Shown here: positions 60,766-64,000 of the stretch, one piece after another | How positions within the stretch are numbered: position 1 is the first letter of the stretch | How the letters are laid out: each line of letters starts with the position of its first letter | Sequence record: MT446411.1 | Length of the DNA stretch: 64,000 nt | DNA from: Escherichia virus TH40 | Strand: one strand, 5' to 3' | Made by a program: the position numbers and the translations under genes | Notes under the pieces: generated by a model | Told to the model about the DNA's origin: nothing | The model's input: only the letters and a program-made list of their open reading frames with translations | Database searches by the model: none

Positions 60766-62826
60766 CTACGAAAGGAATTTAGGAGGAATAGCTTCCAAAT
60801 TAATACAACTAGCAAGAATACCAAGACCTTGATTGACTTTCTTCGTTACACCAGAGGATGCAAACGATGCAAAGTCAACAGATTCTACTGGCTCTTCTGT
60901 TTCCTCGCCCTGATAAACGACAAGCTCACCAGTTTCCATCAACACATCACCATCATAGATAACTGCATTTTCATCCAGTTGGTCCGTAGTCTGGATATCA
61001 GCTTCCAGCATTTTGACGTTCGCGTTTCCTTGATACGAAGCATCAGTAATTTTGGTAATCTTAACTACAGTCCCACGAGGAAGAATAACTTCCTGCTCGG
61101 ACGGGTTGCTTGACAATTCCCCAGGAACAATTACGTTAATTAAGTCCGCCCCAGAAATTTTCCAACCAACATGCATCATTACATGGTCGCGGCGTGCATC
61201 CGGCATATCTGGTAAAACAATTTCGTCATCAGCCTGGAAAGATGTCCCATCACGATAGTCCTGATGAACTGCAGCCATAGCAACGTTCGCCACCCAGCCA
61301 CCAAAGATAATCGGTTTAAACGACGTTGATACATAGTTCCTGAAATAAAATAATTTAGATTTCTTAATTTTATCAAATGTAGGAACGTTTAAATATTGAC
61401 CACGCCAAAGAGTTGTATTAGGCGGCAACTTATGTCCAATTTCAAAGGCCGAATCCAATTCCTTAATTGTTTCGACAACTCTGTCTAGATTTAGGAATTC
61501 AGCTTCTTCTTCATAATATTTGCCCATCAAATAATTATTAATATCGGCATAGTTTGCTCCACAATAATCTGCAATTGCTTCTCGCTGGCCATAATGGAAA
61601 CGGTTGTCAGTATACCCTGCTGTAAAATTAAGAGTATTTTCTGATGCTTCTTCGGCAAAGTCTTTAACTGCAACACGAATGGCGCTTGTGTATTCTTTTT
61701 CCCAGAGCGAGGCTGCATAAGTGGCTGCATCCAGGTTGGGAGGAGCATCATTCATTTTTCTTTCGATAAATGCGGCTTTGCGAAGGTTAAGAATCTCTGC
61801 ACATGATTCCGCAAAAATCTGCATCTGCTTCATACTACCAACCGGAGCACGTTTAAGTTCACGGTGCATACGGTTAAAAATTGGGTCAGAGTCTTCAACA
61901 CGAATTTCTTCTTTCCAAACACCATTTGCTCGCATAGCCGTATCTGCTGCGCGCATACGAGCCATAGTATTCGTTTCGGAAGGTCGAACAAAAATTTCCA
62001 GTTCTTCATAATCATCGATAAGTTCTGCTGTAGCTGGTCGACTAAACTTAGCAGCTTCTGCATCAATTTCGTCCCAACCTTCTGGCACGGAATCCATTGG
62101 GGCGTACTGGGCTTGTGCAATAGCTCGGCGGCTGATTTTCGTTTTCTGTGCAACAGCAGCATCGGTCTTTTTGTTTGCTGCGTCAATCAGAATCTCGGCT
62201 GCAATTTCTTGTTTGGATACTTGTGTACCATTATCTTTATTGGTGAATACATCACCAACTTTAGTTTCGACTTTTTTATATTTCTCAGGGACTGGTGGCA
62301 TACCATCAACCGAAAGTAGGTCAACACCCCTTTTGTACATAATTACATAAGCGTTCTTTTTACCAAGGCCAGAAGCATTCGGAAGAACATGATAACGTCC
62401 GCTGGTTTTCATTTGAATCAGTCGATTCATAATACGAATAATAGCTTGGTCTTGTCCTTTCATCTTTTTGGATGGGAAACGGAACAAGACTACATCAGGT
62501 TTGCCTAGTTTAATGCTTTCCCAGACTGTAGTAAAAATCAAGTTAATTGCATCAAGAGGTTTTTCACCTAAACCGCCCTTCAGAGGAACAGCATGGCCAT
62601 GTGAAGTCCCGGATAACAGAAATACCTCGGCAATTGCATCGCCGCGTTTATATTGTTTAACTGTTTCTTTGCCCGTGAATTGCATCAAACGGGCCATAAG
62701 AGAATTGGTCCCAGGAACACCGAATTGCCAAACCTGTGGGACCTTGTATTTTGGATTCATATTAATGACAGGATAACCGAAGGCTTCGATATATTTGTCA
62801 AAGAGTTCATTTAATTGTTCAGACAT
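60766..62826 (-). CDS. alt: Alt ADP-ribosyltransferase (virion-packaged)
   Basis: 686 aa vs T4 682; position between gene 54 and ligase; reverse-strand TATAAATA late promoter at 62852-62859. Confidence 0.8.
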   Translation of the reverse strand: MSEQLNELFDKYIEAFGYPVINMNPKYKVPQVWQFGVPGTNSLMARLMQFTGKETVKQYKRGDAIAEVFLLSGTSHGHAVPLKGGLGEKPLDAINLIFTTVWESIKLGKPDVVLFRFPSKKMKGQDQAIIRIMNRLIQMKTSGRYHVLPNASGLGKKNAYVIMYKRGVDLLSVDGMPPVPEKYKKVETKVGDVFTNKDNGTQVSKQEIAAEILIDAANKKTDAAVAQKTKISRRAIAQAQYAPMDSVPEGWDEIDAEAAKFSRPATAELIDDYEELEIFVRPSETNTMARMRAADTAMRANGVWKEEIRVEDSDPIFNRMHRELKRAPVGSMKQMQIFAESCAEILNLRKAAFIERKMNDAPPNLDAATYAASLWEKEYTSAIRVAVKDFAEEASENTLNFTAGYTDNRFHYGQREAIADYCGANYADINNYLMGKYYEEEAEFLNLDRVVETIKELDSAFEIGHKLPPNTTLWRGQYLNVPTFDKIKKSKLFYFRNYVSTSFKPIIFGGWVANVAMAAVHQDYRDGTSFQADDEIVLPDMPDARRDHVMMHVGWKISGADLINVIVPGELSSNPSEQEVILPRGTVVKITKITDASYQGNANVKMLEADIQTTDQLDENAVIYDGDVLMETGELVVYQGEETEEPVESVDFASFASSGVTKKVNQGLGILASCINLEAIPPKFLS

Positions 62827-62851
62827 AATAGGTTCCTTATAAAATATGATG

Positions 62852-62859
62852 TATTTATA
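62852..62859 (-). promoter_or_regulatory. late promoter TATAAATA (alt)
   Basis: Reverse-strand TATAAATA between ligase terminator and alt start. Confidence 0.55.
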
Positions 62860-62861
62860 CT

Positions 62862-62884
62862 AAAAAAGGGCCGAAGCCCTTTTG
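62862..62884 (-). terminator. hairpin GGGC-CGAA-GCCC with T-run after DNA ligase
   Basis: Stem-loop, followed on reverse strand by late promoter for alt. Confidence 0.5.
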
Positions 62885-64000
62885 TTATTTTAACCCGGTC
62901 TTTGACCAGTCGCCAAATACATCTTCGAATGCGTCTGCATGGTCTTTATCGAAACGGAACCCTTTAATAATCGGCAGGAACAATGCAACCGTATTATCTT
63001 TACGAGTCTCGGAAGTCAACCAACCATTGCATTCACAGTCGGCAATCATTCCAACCAATTCACCTTTACGTGCTTTAACCATCAAGGCTTCACGGTCCAT
63101 TTCATGACGCTCCTCAATCGGAATAGTAACCCATTTTTTGGTTTTCTTATCTTTGACTTGAGTTGTGTCTTTAAAACCAGAACCACAGTTATTTGTAATC
63201 TTACCACAAGAAGAACGAAGCACCACACCGCCAATCTTATTCGGGTCTTTATCGTGCTCGTAATATCCAATGATTTCCATTGCAATGTCAATTACTTCTT
63301 TGAACTTATACAGGTTCTTTGAGCGCTTGTTTTCCCAAATCGATGCCATGTTTTTAAGGATAATACCTTCAAGACCTTCATCCACGTATTTCTTATAGAT
63401 AACTTTCGCTTCATCGAGATTGTTAACAACATGGTTTTCAATCAGAATCATGCGGTCAAAACCATGCAATACCACATTATCTGCAATCATCTTTTCCAGA
63501 ACAGCAAAACGCACATCATATTTCAGTGGATTGAGAATCTTAACATCAGAATAGACTTCAATCAGTGGAACATAATCCCAAACCTGGAATTTCATACAAG
63601 AAGCTTCTGCCGCAGAAATAGTTCCTTTCAATGATTTGTTTGCCATGCCATTTGAAAAGGTTCTTGATTCTGCAAATTCTTTTGCCTTGCTAAGCTCAGG
63701 CATATCGTCAAAAAGGAAGCCCAAACCGTCATTCTGGGGAGCTACTTTCTGCTCATGGTATACTAACTCGCCATCAATTAAAACGCCCTCAGGATGTCTC
63801 TCGCGCGCTTCACGGGTAGCTTCAATCAATTCCTTTTTAAGGAGGTCAAGCTTAAGGTATTCGTTACCAGCTCGGGATAGCAATCGAACATCATCCAACT
63901 CATCGCCACGAACTTCTGCAAAACACCGAGCACCATCGGCTTTCAATTGTGCAAATGCCGGGAACTTAATGTTCTTAGCAATACCGGCTTCATCATAAGA
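62885..64000 (-). CDS. 30: ATP-dependent DNA ligase gp30 (C-terminal 353 aa; N-terminus beyond window)
   Basis: KADGARCFAEVRGDELDDVRLLSRAGNEY (active-site KxDG) and downstream sequence match T4 DNA ligase. Confidence 0.95.
   Translation of the reverse strand, partial: SYDEAGIAKNIKFPAFAQLKADGARCFAEVRGDELDDVRLLSRAGNEYLKLDLLKKELIEATREARERHPEGVLIDGELVYHEQKVAPQNDGLGFLFDDMPELSKAKEFAESRTFSNGMANKSLKGTISAAEASCMKFQVWDYVPLIEVYSDVKILNPLKYDVRFAVLEKMIADNVVLHGFDRMILIENHVVNNLDEAKVIYKKYVDEGLEGIILKNMASIWENKRSKNLYKFKEVIDIAMEIIGYYEHDKDPNKIGGVVLRSSCGKITNNCGSGFKDTTQVKDKKTKKWVTIPIEERHEMDREALMVKARKGELVGMIADCECNGWLTSETRKDNTVALFLPIIKGFRFDKDHADAFEDVFGDWSKTGLK

Overview
This window is a T4-like (Tevenvirinae-type) myovirus genome segment. 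Gene identifications come from reading the supplied ORF translations against remembered T4 protein sequences, sizes and gene order; no database search was run, and RNA/regulatory coordinates were hand-indexed and may be off by 1-2 nt. Layout: (1) 1-10000 is a reverse-strand, early-gene accessory region of small unknown ORFs, each behind a recurring sigma70-like promoter (GTGTAC/GTTTAC, 17-18 nt, TATAAT/CATAAT), with a small tRNA cluster (tRNA-Arg UCU, tRNA CAU and a tRNA-like RNA between them) and five genes carrying an internal-protein-type capsid targeting sequence; (2) 10032-13352 is the reverse module 57B-57A-1-3-2-4; (3) 13401-45973 is the forward late structural block 53-5-5.4-6-7-8-9-10-11-12-wac-13-14-15-16-17-18-19-20-67-68-21-22-23-24 with TATAAATA late promoters and hairpin terminators; (4) 45992-64000 holds rnlB, hoc, inh, uvsW, uvsW.1, uvsY, baseplate hub genes 25-26-51-27-28-29-48-54, alt and the 3' part of DNA ligase. 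Departures from the T4 layout worth follow-up: a tandem second gene-24 paralogue, an HNH endonuclease gene between uvsW and uvsW.1 flanked by a 19-bp direct repeat, a GIY-YIG/NUMOD3-like endonuclease gene between genes 13 and 14, a four-gene small-protein family with near-identical 3' ends, and MotA-box promoters sharing a leader motif, one of which points antisense into gene 2. The best candidates for an undescribed function are the uncharacterised early genes at 1-7000; I cannot assign them a function from sequence alone.
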